Assembly: GCF_041929235.1 (NCBI RefSeq) | Contig: NZ_JBHFNP010000225.1 | Location: 1 to 58,364, forward strand | Direction: 5' to 3' | Source: Microseira sp. BLCC-F43 | GTDB lineage: Bacteria > Cyanobacteriota > Cyanobacteriia > Cyanobacteriales > Aerosakkonemataceae | Length of the DNA stretch: 58,364 nt | In this document: positions 16,569 to 26,098 of the stretch, piece by piece | Layout of the letters: the number at the start of each line of letters is the position of its first letter | How positions within the stretch are numbered: the first letter of the stretch is position 1 | Made by a program: the position numbers and the translations under genes | Notes under the pieces: model-generated | What the model was told of the DNA's origin: nothing | Database searches by the model: none | The model's input: only the letters and a program-made list of their open reading frames with translations

Positions 16569-17717
16569 TCAATTGCGACTAGAAGCCTCGTGTTGCAGCC
16601 GCTGGCGCTTCGCCGCACCAGCACCCACAGCACCCAATGCCAAGAATGCCAGCGCAGAAGAGGGTTCGGGAACAGATTTGGAAGTATTGGGCGTTAAGAG
16701 GAAGGCACGGTATTGACCATTGTAAAGGCCATAGCCCGCAATCTGCCCCGCATTGTTGATTCCTACTACATTGTCTAGTATCCAGTCAGGAGCCCAAACC
16801 AAGTCGTTGAGGTCACTGATGCCGCTGCTCTTTTCCCACAAGAAGGGGCGCATTCGCCCATCAGCGGTGGCTGAGTAACCAAGCACCTGACCATAGTTGT
16901 TGATGGCTATGGCAAAGCTAAAGTCACCCCCCAGAGTACCCAGGTCACTCATACCGCTGCTCTTTTCCCAGAAGAAGCTGCGATATGGACTAGCAGCGGT
17001 GAATAACCAACCAATCACCTGACCATAGTCGTTGATGGCTCTGGCAAAACTAAAGTCACCCCCCAGAGTACCCAGGTCACTCATACCGCTGCTCTTTTCC
17101 CACAAGAAGGCGCGATATGGCCCATTTGCGTCGTATAAGCTACCAACCACCTGACCATAGTTGTTAATGGCTCTGGCATAGCTAGATTTACCCCCCAGAG
17201 TACCCAGGTTAACCATGCCGCTGCTCTTTTCCCACAAGAAGGGGCGACCTTGCCCATCAGCGGTGTTTGATTGACCAACTACCTGACCTAAGTTGTTGAT
17301 GGCATTGGCAGAACTATAGTCACCCCCCAGAGTACCCAGGTCACTCATGCCGCTGCTCTTGTCCCAGAAGAAGGCACGACTTTGCCCATCAGCGGTGCTT
17401 GAATTACCAATCACCTGACCATAGTCGTTGATGGCAGAGGCACCGCTATTGTTACCCCCCAGAGTACCCAGGTCACTCATGCCGCTGCTCTTTTCCCACA
17501 AGAAGGCGCGACCTTGCCCATCAGCGGTGTTTGAGCTACCAACCACCTGACCATACTCGTTGATGTCTGTGGCATAGCTCTGGTTATAGTCACCCCCCAG
17601 CGTACCGATGTCGGTGAGAGAAAAAGTAATAGCATCCGCAGGTTGGGAGGTAGCTAGTCCCAAGAACGCAGCGGCAGTTAGTGCCATACCGACTTTGCAA
17701 GCATTGAGTATTTTCAT
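16569..17717 (-). CDS. HAF-repeat PEP-CTERM protein (paralog 4).
   Basis: Signal peptide MKILNACKVGMALTAAAFLGLATSQPADA, HAF repeats, and C-terminal VPEPSSALAFLALGAVGAGAAKRQRLQHE. Confidence 0.8.
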   Translation of the reverse strand: MKILNACKVGMALTAAAFLGLATSQPADAITFSLTDIGTLGGDYNQSYATDINEYGQVVGSSNTADGQGRAFLWEKSSGMSDLGTLGGNNSGASAINDYGQVIGNSSTADGQSRAFFWDKSSGMSDLGTLGGDYSSANAINNLGQVVGQSNTADGQGRPFLWEKSSGMVNLGTLGGKSSYARAINNYGQVVGSLYDANGPYRAFLWEKSSGMSDLGTLGGDFSFARAINDYGQVIGWLFTAASPYRSFFWEKSSGMSDLGTLGGDFSFAIAINNYGQVLGYSATADGRMRPFLWEKSSGISDLNDLVWAPDWILDNVVGINNAGQIAGYGLYNGQYRAFLLTPNTSKSVPEPSSALAFLALGAVGAGAAKRQRLQHEASSRN

Positions 17718-18304
17718 AATTTCTCCTTACCAAATTGATTGCTACAAAAAAAACAAAGCGCACAGTGAAAAGACTCGCTCTCGTGCGCACAGGTACTCAT
17801 CGGATTCGCCTCAGCGAGTCTGTGCTATTTCTGTTGCCGAAAACTCACATCTTTTGCTTGATTTTTCACAAATTCGGGAGAATCGCAAATCAACCGGGTT
17901 TCTCCGAAAAATCGTTGGTTTGGAACTAGAGATATGCACACCCCTAGCACTCGCGTTCGCAGCTTGAAACCCGGTTTCTATGTGAGGTGAATCGAAAACA
18001 GGCATCACTTTGTCATGACTGTTTTCTAAATGCTGAAAGAGGGCTTTTTAGAACTATTCTTTCAGCTTCATGCACTGGGATCGATCAATATAGTCACTAG
18101 ATTTAACTATTTTCATCGAAACATAACCTTCAATTCCAGCTAATTTATCAAGGTGTTTCAGTAAACTTACCATTTTGGTGCAAACTTGATTTTACTTTTA
18201 CCAGAACTTCACAGGCTCTTCACGGCATCTTCAAAAATCAAATAAATATTTTTACGGAAACTGCTTGCAGGAAACCTGTTTGGGACGCGCGTTCGCCCCC
18301 CCCC

Positions 18305-18338
18305 AGAAACCCGGTTTTTTAGAAAAACCGGGTTTCTT
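18305..18338. promoter_or_regulatory. Perfect palindrome AGAAACCCGGTTTTTT-AG-AAAAAACCGGGTTTCT about 55 nt upstream of the oxidoreductase start. Candidate operator or terminator.
   Basis: Inverted repeat seen directly. The same arrangement precedes both 5' gene fragments. Confidence 0.4.
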
Positions 18339-18389
18339 GAACTTGGATTATAAAAAATAAAGAATTAGTAAATAGCAAGCAAACTAAAT

Positions 18390-19859
18390 ATGAACTTAGA
18401 TGCGATTGTCATCGGTAGCGGCATTGGCGGTTTAACCGCCGCCGCGCTCCTCGCCCGTTACGGCAAGCAGGTATTGGTATGCGAAAGTCACGCCATTGCG
18501 GGCGGCGCGGCTCACAGCTTCGCGCGGCGCGGCTTTACCTTTGATTCTGGCCCCTCGTTCTACTGCGGCCTCAGCGACCCGCGCAGCCTGAATCCGGTGC
18601 GACAGGTTCTCGATGTTCTGGGAGAATCTTTGCAGACGGTTACTTATGACCCGTTGGGACACTATCATTTTCCTGAAGGTACGTTTCCGGTTTATAGCAA
18701 TGGGCGGCGATATCGAGATGCTGTGGCAAAGATTACCCCCCAAGGCGCTATAGAATTAGAAAAATTTGAAAATCGCCTGTTGCCTTTGTACGATGGGATG
18801 AAAGGTATTCCTACTATTGCTTTACGCGCAGATTGGCAAATCATACCTATTTTATTGGGAAGATACTTGCCATCTTTATTAAAATTATTGCCCCACGTGG
18901 GAGTAATTCAAGGTTCCGTTGGCGAGGTGATGGATAAAGAGGTAAAAGATCCTTGGGTGCGGCGGTTAATCGATTTAGAATGTTTTCTGCTATCCGGTTT
19001 AAAAGCACAAGGAACTATCGCCGCTGAAGTCGCTTTTATGCTAGGCGAACGTACTAATATCGGCGTCGATTATCCCATCGGTGGAAGTGGGGCAATTGTA
19101 GATGCTTTGGTGCGAGGTTTGCAACGCTGGGGCGGAAAATTGCGATTGAATGCCCACGTCGAGCAAATATTAGTAGAATCGGGGAAAGTAGCGGGAGTGC
19201 GATTGCAGAATGGGGAAGTTATAAAAGCACCCATCGTTATTTCCAATGCGACGCTCTGGGATACTTATAATAAGTTGTTGCGTCCGGAAGATTTACCTTC
19301 TTCTTATCGTCAGCAATCGCTCTTAACTCCCGCCGTGGATAGCTTCATGCACTTGCATTTAGGTATCCGCAGTCAAGGGTTAGAACATTTGACAGGACAT
19401 CACGTTGTCCTTCGCGATTCTAATCGGGATATTACCGAACCTGGGAATACTTGCATGATTTCGATTCCTTCGGTGTGGGATAGCAATCTAGCACCCAAAG
19501 GACATCATGTAGTCCATGCTTATACTTTGGAACCTTTCGATGGATGGCGACGGGATGATAGTTATGAAGATAGGAAAAAAGAGCGATCGCATCCCCTTTT
19601 CCGCGCCTTAGAAAAAATTATCCCCGATCTGCGCGATCGCATCGTCCTGGAACTCATCGGTACACCCCTTACCCACGCCTATTATCTCCGCAGATACAAA
19701 GGAACATATGGTCCAGCTATTGCTGCGGGTAAAGGTACATTCCCCAGCATCTATACTCCCATCCCCGGATTGTACCGCACGGGCGATAGCACGATGCCTG
19801 GAATTGGCGTCCCCGCCGTCGCCGCTTCCGGTATTTTGTGCGCCAATAGTCTATTTTGA
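18390..19859 (+). CDS. NAD(P)/FAD-dependent oxidoreductase of the phytoene desaturase/carotenoid isomerase (CrtI/CrtISO-like) family.
   Basis: 489 aa. N-terminal Rossmann dinucleotide fold AIVIGSGIGGLTAAALLARYGKQVLVCESHAIAGGAA. The length and overall organisation are typical of amine-oxidase/CrtI-family flavoproteins. Confidence 0.65.
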   Translation: MNLDAIVIGSGIGGLTAAALLARYGKQVLVCESHAIAGGAAHSFARRGFTFDSGPSFYCGLSDPRSLNPVRQVLDVLGESLQTVTYDPLGHYHFPEGTFPVYSNGRRYRDAVAKITPQGAIELEKFENRLLPLYDGMKGIPTIALRADWQIIPILLGRYLPSLLKLLPHVGVIQGSVGEVMDKEVKDPWVRRLIDLECFLLSGLKAQGTIAAEVAFMLGERTNIGVDYPIGGSGAIVDALVRGLQRWGGKLRLNAHVEQILVESGKVAGVRLQNGEVIKAPIVISNATLWDTYNKLLRPEDLPSSYRQQSLLTPAVDSFMHLHLGIRSQGLEHLTGHHVVLRDSNRDITEPGNTCMISIPSVWDSNLAPKGHHVVHAYTLEPFDGWRRDDSYEDRKKERSHPLFRALEKIIPDLRDRIVLELIGTPLTHAYYLRRYKGTYGPAIAAGKGTFPSIYTPIPGLYRTGDSTMPGIGVPAVAASGILCANSLF

Positions 19860-19895
19860 GATTTGAGATTTGAGATTTGAGATTGCAGATTCAAG
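19853..19895. repeat. STRR-like heptamer tandem repeat (GATTTGA)n.
   Basis: gagatttgagatttgagatttgagattgcagattcaag. Confidence 0.7.
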
Positions 19896-19924
19896 ACTTA
19901 TGGAGCGACCATAAATATGGTAAA

Positions 19925-19951
19925 TGGTGCGTTACGCTACCGCTAACGCAC
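19925..19951. terminator. GGTGCGTTACGCTACCGCTAACGCACC hairpin between convergent genes.
   Basis: Third copy of the hairpin family. It is followed by ctacatatagaa, as the copy at 10724 is. Confidence 0.4.
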
Positions 19952-19968
19952 CCTACATATAGAAACTT

Positions 19969-20005
19969 TAACTGTCAACTGTCAACTGTCAACTGTCAAC
20001 TGTTA
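19969..20005. repeat. STRR-like heptamer tandem repeat (CAACTGT)n.
   Basis: aactgtcaactgtcaactgtcaactgtcaactgtt. Confidence 0.7.
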
Positions 20006-20011
20006 CCAAAC

Positions 20012-20416
20012 CTAAAAATTAGTCGAAATCGCTTGGACGGGACAAGTCGGGATACACTGTTCGCAGACGATACAGCGCGAGCGCGTAAATGTCAGCTTAA
20101 ACGTCTCCTTATCTAGGGTAAGGGCTTCCGTGGGACAGACGCCAGTGCAGAGTCCGCAATCGACGCAGATATTTTCGTCGATCAGGATTTCGCGACTAGC
20201 GAAGGAGACATTGATGTCTTGCGATCGCATCCACTCAATCGCCGCATCCAGCGCATCGATATCCCCGGATAACTCTACCACCAGCTTGCCGATTTGATTT
20301 GGCGCCACCTGAGCGCGGATAATATTAGCCGCCACGTTAAAATCCTTTGCCAGTCGGTAAGTCACTGGCATTTGGACGGCGCGTTTGGGAAAGGTTAGCG
20401 TTACTCGTTTTTTCAC
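20012..20416 (-). CDS. NIL-domain plus 2x[4Fe-4S] ferredoxin-domain protein.
   Basis: Two cysteine clusters, CVDCGLCTGVCP and CIVCEQCIPTCP. The N-terminal region matches the NIL domain. Confidence 0.65.
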   Translation of the reverse strand: MKKRVTLTFPKRAVQMPVTYRLAKDFNVAANIIRAQVAPNQIGKLVVELSGDIDALDAAIEWMRSQDINVSFASREILIDENICVDCGLCTGVCPTEALTLDKETFKLTFTRSRCIVCEQCIPTCPVQAISTNF

Positions 20417-20521
20417 GGCCTTACATAATTCCCTTTATTGCTATTTTAGCTCAAAATCTAATTAACCGCTAACTTGAATTTGAGGCATAATTTATGAGAA
20501 AGCGCTTTTATTTTTACAGCT

Positions 20522-21346
20522 ATGTCAATCGATATTCAACCAGATATTTCTCCCCGTCCCTTTCTGAAATGGGCTGGTGGTAAAACTAAGCTGATTCAGC
20601 AATACATTCCTTATTTTCCCCAGAATTTTAATAATTACTACGAACCTTTTTTGGGAGGTGGGGCTGTATTTTTTCATCTCCTGCCAAAATCTGCTGTTTT
20701 GACGGATATTAACCCAGAATTGATTAACGTTTATCGCTGCGTCAGGGATAAAGTTGAGCCTCTGATTGCACTTTTGGCAGAACATCAGCATAAACATAAT
20801 AAAGATTACTATTATCAGGTTCGCCAACGTTCTTATAATACAGATATAGAAAGAGCCGCGCGTCTAATTTATCTGAATAAGACTTGCTTTAATGGTCTAT
20901 ATCGGGAAAACTCCAAAGGTAAATTTAACGTTCCCATAGGTGAATACAAAAATCCTAAAATTTGCCATCCCGATTTACTTTATTCGGCAAGCTCAGCACT
21001 TCAGTCAGCCCAAATTGAGGTCAGGGGTTTTGCCGAGGTACTGAAGTATGCTAAAAGCAACGATCTGGTCTACTTCGATCCGCCTTACTATCCTATAAGT
21101 ACCACGAGTAATTTTACCGCATATAGTCGCTATTCTTTTAGTAAAGATGACCAAATTAGGCTAAGAGATGTATTTGCTGAACTTGCCAGTCGTGGGTTAA
21201 AAGTAATGTTATCTAATTCGGATTGTGACTTGATTCGCGACTTGTACAGCGAGTTTAAAATTCACAATATATCAGCAGCAAGGGCGATTAACTCTAATGC
21301 AAAGAAGCGAGGTAAAATTGCCGAGTTACTCGTCACGTCATATTAA
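20522..21346 (+). CDS. dam: DNA adenine methyltransferase (Dam-like, N6-adenine, GATC-type family).
   Basis: FLKWAGGKTKL near the N-terminus, the SAM motif YYEPFLGGGAVFF, and the catalytic DPPY motif (VYFDPPYYP). Confidence 0.8.
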   Translation: MSIDIQPDISPRPFLKWAGGKTKLIQQYIPYFPQNFNNYYEPFLGGGAVFFHLLPKSAVLTDINPELINVYRCVRDKVEPLIALLAEHQHKHNKDYYYQVRQRSYNTDIERAARLIYLNKTCFNGLYRENSKGKFNVPIGEYKNPKICHPDLLYSASSALQSAQIEVRGFAEVLKYAKSNDLVYFDPPYYPISTTSNFTAYSRYSFSKDDQIRLRDVFAELASRGLKVMLSNSDCDLIRDLYSEFKIHNISAARAINSNAKKRGKIAELLVTSY

Positions 21347-21468
21347 AGATTGTTGTTAGCCCAAATCATAACATAACTTACGCAATTCGAGGGGAGAAAC
21401 CCGGTTTCTCCCTCGATCTCTAATTCCCAAACCAAGGATTTTTGGGAGAAACCAGGTTTCTTTGCGTA

Positions 21469-21951
21469 TTAAAGATTGTTGTTAGCCCAAATAATAAAAC
21501 TAGACAATGTATGGACTGCTAACAGATTTTGATTAACTCCGACTTGTTGCTTTAACCAAGTAATTGCTCCTGGTTTCATCCCGCCACCGTCGAGCAAAAC
21601 AATAGCGGGTGCAGGATAGCAATTTTGGATATTCAAGTTGATGTAAGGAAGTTTTTCGTCAACCGAACCACCGACTTGTTGCCATTTACACTCAATTATT
21701 ATACCGGCAGGAATTGCCGGAGAACCAATAATATAAAAGTCTACATAGATATCTGTACCATAAATTCCTGGGCCAATATGCACCTGTCTTGCATACCTTC
21801 TTGGTAAGTTAGTAGAGTTTAGCAGGTATGCTAGTCGCTGCTTTTTCGGGAAGTTATCACCTACTTGGACATAGCCATGTCCCTGCAAAGCTCCTTCTAC
21901 AGTTTTTTCTAAGACATTGCCAGCTTTATTTGCTCTACCACCTTGAGTCAT
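21469..21951 (-). CDS. Small hypothetical protein with a PD-(D/E)xK-like motif. A candidate restriction endonuclease partner of the Dam-like methylase.
   Basis: The segment GTDIYVDFYIIGSPAIPAGIIIECKWQQ fits a D..(E)xK nuclease core. It is tail-to-tail with the methylase and 122 bp away. Confidence 0.35.
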   Translation of the reverse strand: MTQGGRANKAGNVLEKTVEGALQGHGYVQVGDNFPKKQRLAYLLNSTNLPRRYARQVHIGPGIYGTDIYVDFYIIGSPAIPAGIIIECKWQQVGGSVDEKLPYINLNIQNCYPAPAIVLLDGGGMKPGAITWLKQQVGVNQNLLAVHTLSSFIIWANNNL

Positions 21952-22013
21952 ATTTATATCAAAGAATAATTAATCAAATTATGACACAATAGCAGCAGAA
22001 AAAACCATAAGCT

Positions 22014-22700
22014 ATGCTAAATAACAAAGATACTCTTTGGTACAAAGGCATGGTTAATCCCCCGCCAGTATTAGAAACAGTTCCAACCGATACCTGGCTT
22101 GAGGTATCCTGGGAAGATTTTCTCACATTTGCAGACGATCCAACCTTAGCAAGCGCGAGGTTTTACTACGATGAAGGTTACATGAGGGTTGAAATGTCTC
22201 CACTTGGTTCTGCACACGGTCAAGATAATTCTATTGTTTCGACAGTTATCATCTTATTTGCTGCTCTGAATAATATTCCGATCAAAGAACTGACAAATAC
22301 CAGTTTTAGGAAAGCAAGAATGAGGGAAGCACAGCCAGATATTGCCTTTTATATTGGAGAAAATTTAAGATTCCCGCCTCGGAATAATGCACCAGTCAAT
22401 ATTGATGAATTAGAACCCCCCACCCTAGTTGTTGAGGTGGCTGCTTCGTCTTTAGAAGATGATACGACGCGCAAACAAAAACTATACCAAAGGATGGGAG
22501 TGAAAGAATATTGGGTTGTGAATGTTAACGCGGGTACAGTTATTGCCTGGTTGTTGTCTGCTACAGAATGCGTGCCAATTCGAGTATCTCAAGTTTTGCC
22601 GGGATTAGAAATGGCTTTGGTTGAAGAAGCACTGAAAAGATCGCAAACTGAAGATGATGGATCGATTGGTCGCTGGTTAATAGCAATGTTGAGCCAGTAA
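22014..22700 (+). CDS. Uma2-family (DUF820) putative restriction-endonuclease-like protein.
   Basis: Has the characteristic EYWVV motif (GVKEYWVVNVNAGTV), and the size and layout of cyanobacterial Uma2 proteins. Confidence 0.7.
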   Translation: MLNNKDTLWYKGMVNPPPVLETVPTDTWLEVSWEDFLTFADDPTLASARFYYDEGYMRVEMSPLGSAHGQDNSIVSTVIILFAALNNIPIKELTNTSFRKARMREAQPDIAFYIGENLRFPPRNNAPVNIDELEPPTLVVEVAASSLEDDTTRKQKLYQRMGVKEYWVVNVNAGTVIAWLLSATECVPIRVSQVLPGLEMALVEEALKRSQTEDDGSIGRWLIAMLSQ

Positions 22701-22734
22701 GTAGGTCAGGAATTACGCAAAGAAACCGGGTTTC

Positions 22735-23652
22735 TTAAACATGAATAATTCCCCGGTCGAACACGCGGTTATCCGTTCCAATTCCACTCACAACTATACG
22801 ATCTGCATACACTTCAAAGGCGGCAAAACTCAACTTGCTAGCAGAATGTTCGGTCCATTCGGAACGCCCCACAGGTCGAATTCCCGCACCGCCGCCGCAA
22901 ATTAAATAAGTCGTGCCGTTAATAGAACGAGTGCGTTCGTAATTGTGGTCGTGTCCGTTAATATAAAGTTGGACGCCGGATTTTTTAAACAGCGGTACTA
23001 AGGTTTCGATAAATGGTTGATTCACGCCATAAGCGCCGGATGAATAAATCTGATGATGACCAAAGACAATTTTCCAAGGGGCATCGCTACGACTGAGTTG
23101 TTGTTCTAACCAAACTAACTGATTTTTCCAATCGGCGTTGAAATTGGTATCTAAAGCAAAAAATTGCACCGAGTCGCGGCGAAATGTATAGTAACGCCCC
23201 TGCATATTAAAACCGGGATAGCTGACTTGCTTGTCGCCGTTGTCGGTGCGAATATCGTGGTTGCCCAAACAAGCGTGAAATTTTACCCCTTGCTGTAATA
23301 ATTTTTGATAAGGACGCTCAAAAACTGCACCAATTTTCTCAAATTCGCCGTTGGTGTAAATGTTATCTCCGGCTAAAATTGCCAAATTAAACGGGTTTTG
23401 GCTGTGATATTGCGTCATGGCTTGGGCGACGGCATACTGTCCTTGGGTGCCGGTGCCGGTATCTGCGACGGAGATAAAACGCAACAGCAGCGGATTTGGG
23501 GCAGGGGTAGGGGTTAAACTTGGCTGAATATCCTTACTTGGCTGAACATAGGTACTTTGGGCGCTTTGATTCCCAAGTAACTTGGCTAAAAAAGCTAAAC
23601 TTGTAACCCCAATGCTACTTAAAATTAAGAATTGACGACGATTGAGGCGCAT
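22735..23652 (-). CDS. Metallophosphoesterase (calcineurin-like/purple acid phosphatase-like) with a Tat signal peptide.
   Basis: Motifs GDNIY, GNHD and GHDHNYER. A twin-arginine signal MRLNRRQFLILSSIGVTSLAFLA. The start is moved to the internal Met at 23652, because the longer ORF overlaps the next gene. Confidence 0.7.
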   Translation of the reverse strand: MRLNRRQFLILSSIGVTSLAFLAKLLGNQSAQSTYVQPSKDIQPSLTPTPAPNPLLLRFISVADTGTGTQGQYAVAQAMTQYHSQNPFNLAILAGDNIYTNGEFEKIGAVFERPYQKLLQQGVKFHACLGNHDIRTDNGDKQVSYPGFNMQGRYYTFRRDSVQFFALDTNFNADWKNQLVWLEQQLSRSDAPWKIVFGHHQIYSSGAYGVNQPFIETLVPLFKKSGVQLYINGHDHNYERTRSINGTTYLICGGGAGIRPVGRSEWTEHSASKLSFAAFEVYADRIVVSGIGTDNRVFDRGIIHV

Positions 23653-23745
23653 ATGTATCCTCACGTAAAGCTTTGTAAGTTGTTCAAAAGCCAGAATACC
23701 AGAATGATAAATTAGGGCTTTGTCAAGGCGATCGCATTTGTACCA

Positions 23746-24930
23746 GTGAAAGCCCTTAAGGGAGATTTTATGACACAAGATCAACCTCAACAGCCAGAAA
23801 CAGAACAACAGATACCACCCACCACACCGACACCCAAAGCACCCGTGTCCCAGTCGGGGAAAGCGGTTCAAACAGTGGTTCAAACCCTGGGAGAAACCTG
23901 GAAAACCGTCCAACCTGTGCTAAAAGAAGGCACGGTTAAAACTTTGCGCGGCACAATTTGGGTGTTACAAGGCGCGGTGAATCAACTGGAAGGACAACCT
24001 CAAGCGCAAATTCAGCCTCCGGCGGATACCCTCCCAACGGCGGCGAAGCTTACCCCAGAAATGCCTGCATCTATTCCAGGGGATGGAGTAACAGCAGTAC
24101 CGCCAGCAACAACTAAACCTGCCCCACCGACAAAACCAGTTTCTCCACTGTCGAATGCGTTGGCGATCGCAGGCACTGTTATTATCACCCTGTGGCAGTG
24201 GTGGAAAGCCGTTATTGCCAAACTTCGTACCCTGTTGCCGGAGTCGGTGAAGCAAAAGCTACCCAATAATGATATTTTGTCGGCTGGGATCGGTACAATT
24301 TTGCTCCTCTTTTTCTGGTTAAATTCCTCCTCCTCACCCCCAGCAGTCGCTAAAGTTCCCCCCGCAATTTCCAACCCAGCACCAGAAATTAAAGTATCTC
24401 CGGAAGTTACCCCACTACCAGAAATCAAAGCATCTCCGGAAGCTACCTCAGCAGGGGAAACCAAAGTATCTGCGGAAGTTATCCCAGCACCGGAAGTAAA
24501 AGCAACCGAGGAAGCAAAAGCACCGGCGGAAATAACAATTCCACCTGCGGTTGAAACCCCACCCGAATTAACCGCACCCAAACCATCCAAACCTGTAGAA
24601 ACTGTTTTGCCGCCTGCCGCAGTTTTAACCCCAGAGCAAAAATTGCTTGCCGAAATTCAAAATAAAATCGCTGAAATTACCAAAGAATCCGCTCTTGGGT
24701 TAATTCAATCTGTTCAAGCTAATTTTCAAGCCGGACAGCTAACGGTTAAAATTAGCGACGATTGGTATAACTTCGATGTGGCTAAACAGGATAAATTAGC
24801 CGCCGATATGTGGAGTCGGGCGCGGGAATTAGACTTTAGCAAAGTCGAAATTTCCGACACTGAAGGCAGACTGATAGCTCGCTCTCCCATCGTTGGGTCT
24901 AATATCATCGTTTTGAAGCGTCAGCTGTAG
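23746..24930 (+). CDS. Proline-rich hypothetical protein with one TM segment and acidic repeats (PEVK-like).
   Basis: Repeats APEIKVSPEVTPLPEIKASPEATSAGETKVSAEV, a hydrophobic stretch LSAGIGTILLLFFWL, and a conserved-looking C-terminal domain. Confidence 0.4.
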   Translation: MKALKGDFMTQDQPQQPETEQQIPPTTPTPKAPVSQSGKAVQTVVQTLGETWKTVQPVLKEGTVKTLRGTIWVLQGAVNQLEGQPQAQIQPPADTLPTAAKLTPEMPASIPGDGVTAVPPATTKPAPPTKPVSPLSNALAIAGTVIITLWQWWKAVIAKLRTLLPESVKQKLPNNDILSAGIGTILLLFFWLNSSSSPPAVAKVPPAISNPAPEIKVSPEVTPLPEIKASPEATSAGETKVSAEVIPAPEVKATEEAKAPAEITIPPAVETPPELTAPKPSKPVETVLPPAAVLTPEQKLLAEIQNKIAEITKESALGLIQSVQANFQAGQLTVKISDDWYNFDVAKQDKLAADMWSRARELDFSKVEISDTEGRLIARSPIVGSNIIVLKRQL

Positions 24931-25204
24931 GGCATACACCAATCAGAAACCCGGTTTTTTCAAAAAACCGGGTTTCTTGCTGCGAACGCGAGTGCTAGGG
25001 GTGTGCATATCTCTAGTTATCAAACCGACGATTTTTCAGAGAAACTTTGGTGATTTGCCTAAGTCCTGGTTATTTGTTTGTCCGAGATATCTATCTTGTT
25101 CCCTAATCCTAATTATGGGTAATCGACCGGACATGATATTATATCAACTATCGGTTGGGGCGGATTTAACGAACAGAATGTTTGGTAAAACCCGCCCCTA
25201 CAAT

Positions 25205-25292
25205 CCCCATTACCAATTAGCAATTAGCAATTAGCAATTAGCAATTAGCAATCCCCATTACCAATTAGCAATTAGCAATTAGCAATTACCAA
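25205..25292. repeat. STRR-like heptamer array (CAATTAG/CAATTAC)n.
   Basis: ccaattagcaattagcaattagcaattagcaatccccattaccaattagcaattagcaattagcaattacc. A matching array at 26053..26092 flanks the other side of nanE. Confidence 0.7.
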
Positions 25293-25962
25293 TCCCCTCT
25301 ACATACGCTTTTACCAAATAATCAATCCCGGTAATAGCCGTACCAACTACAACTGCATAAGCACCTAAATTAAGCGCTTCTCGTGCCATTTTTGGAGAAG
25401 AAATACCGCCTTCGCAAATTACGGGAATGTCTAATTTTTCTACCATTTGAGTCAGCAATTCAAAACCGGGGGGAGACAAATGTTTGGTTTCGTTTGTGTA
25501 ACCGTAGAGAGTTGTTCCTACAATATCAGCACCCGCTTGGGCAGCTGACTTCGCATTCTCAATTGTATCCACATCCGCCATCACCAATTTGCCCAATTCA
25601 TCGTGAATTCGCTTAATTAACCCCGCGACTGTTTCCCCATTCGGGCGTTGTCGCAGCGTCGCGTCGATGGCGATGATATCCGCACCCGCAGAGGCGATCG
25701 CTTCTGCGTCTTCATACCGTGGTGTAATGTAAACTTCATAACCTGGTATTTGCTGTTTCCACAGTCCGATAATCGGCAATTTAACTTTTTGCCGCACCGC
25801 GCTGACATGATAGGGAGTATCAATTCGCAACCCTACTGCGCCTTGGTTCACCGCCGCTTGCGCGATTGCAGCAATGATCGCGGGATCGTGTAGCGGCGAG
25901 TCAGCAGGCGCCTGACAGGAAACAATTAGACCTCCACGGAGCGATATCATTTCTGGTAACAT
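25279..25962 (-). CDS. nanE: N-acetylmannosamine-6-phosphate 2-epimerase (NanE family).
   Basis: GGLIVSCQAPADSPLHDP near the N-terminus and the overall TIM-barrel NanE pattern. The start is set at MLPEMISLRGG. Confidence 0.7.
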   Translation of the reverse strand: MLPEMISLRGGLIVSCQAPADSPLHDPAIIAAIAQAAVNQGAVGLRIDTPYHVSAVRQKVKLPIIGLWKQQIPGYEVYITPRYEDAEAIASAGADIIAIDATLRQRPNGETVAGLIKRIHDELGKLVMADVDTIENAKSAAQAGADIVGTTLYGYTNETKHLSPPGFELLTQMVEKLDIPVICEGGISSPKMAREALNLGAYAVVVGTAITGIDYLVKAYVEGIGNC

Positions 25963-26098
25963 AAGCTGATTTTTGTAGGGGCGGGTTTTACCAATAACCA
26001 TTAAACTGCAACAGATCGTTAAAATAAACCCGCCCCTTTTTGGGTATGAGGAGAATTAGCAATTAGCAATTAGCAATTAGCAATTACCAATCCACCCA

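Noticed and set aside
16249-16572. 107-aa minus-strand ORF.
   Set aside because: It spans the conserved HAF leader and the gene-remnant region in a different frame from the recognisable MKILNACKVGMALT start. It is an artefact of the repeat sequence.
22735-23913. The 392-aa version of the metallophosphoesterase ORF.
   Set aside because: The N-terminal 87 codons are Cys/Trp-rich junk overlapping the downstream gene. A Tat signal peptide begins at the internal Met (23652), which I take as the real start.
25205-25292. Possible CRISPR array, based on the regular short repeats.
   Set aside because: The repeat unit is 7 bp with no intervening unique spacers. This is STRR-type microsatellite DNA, not a CRISPR locus.
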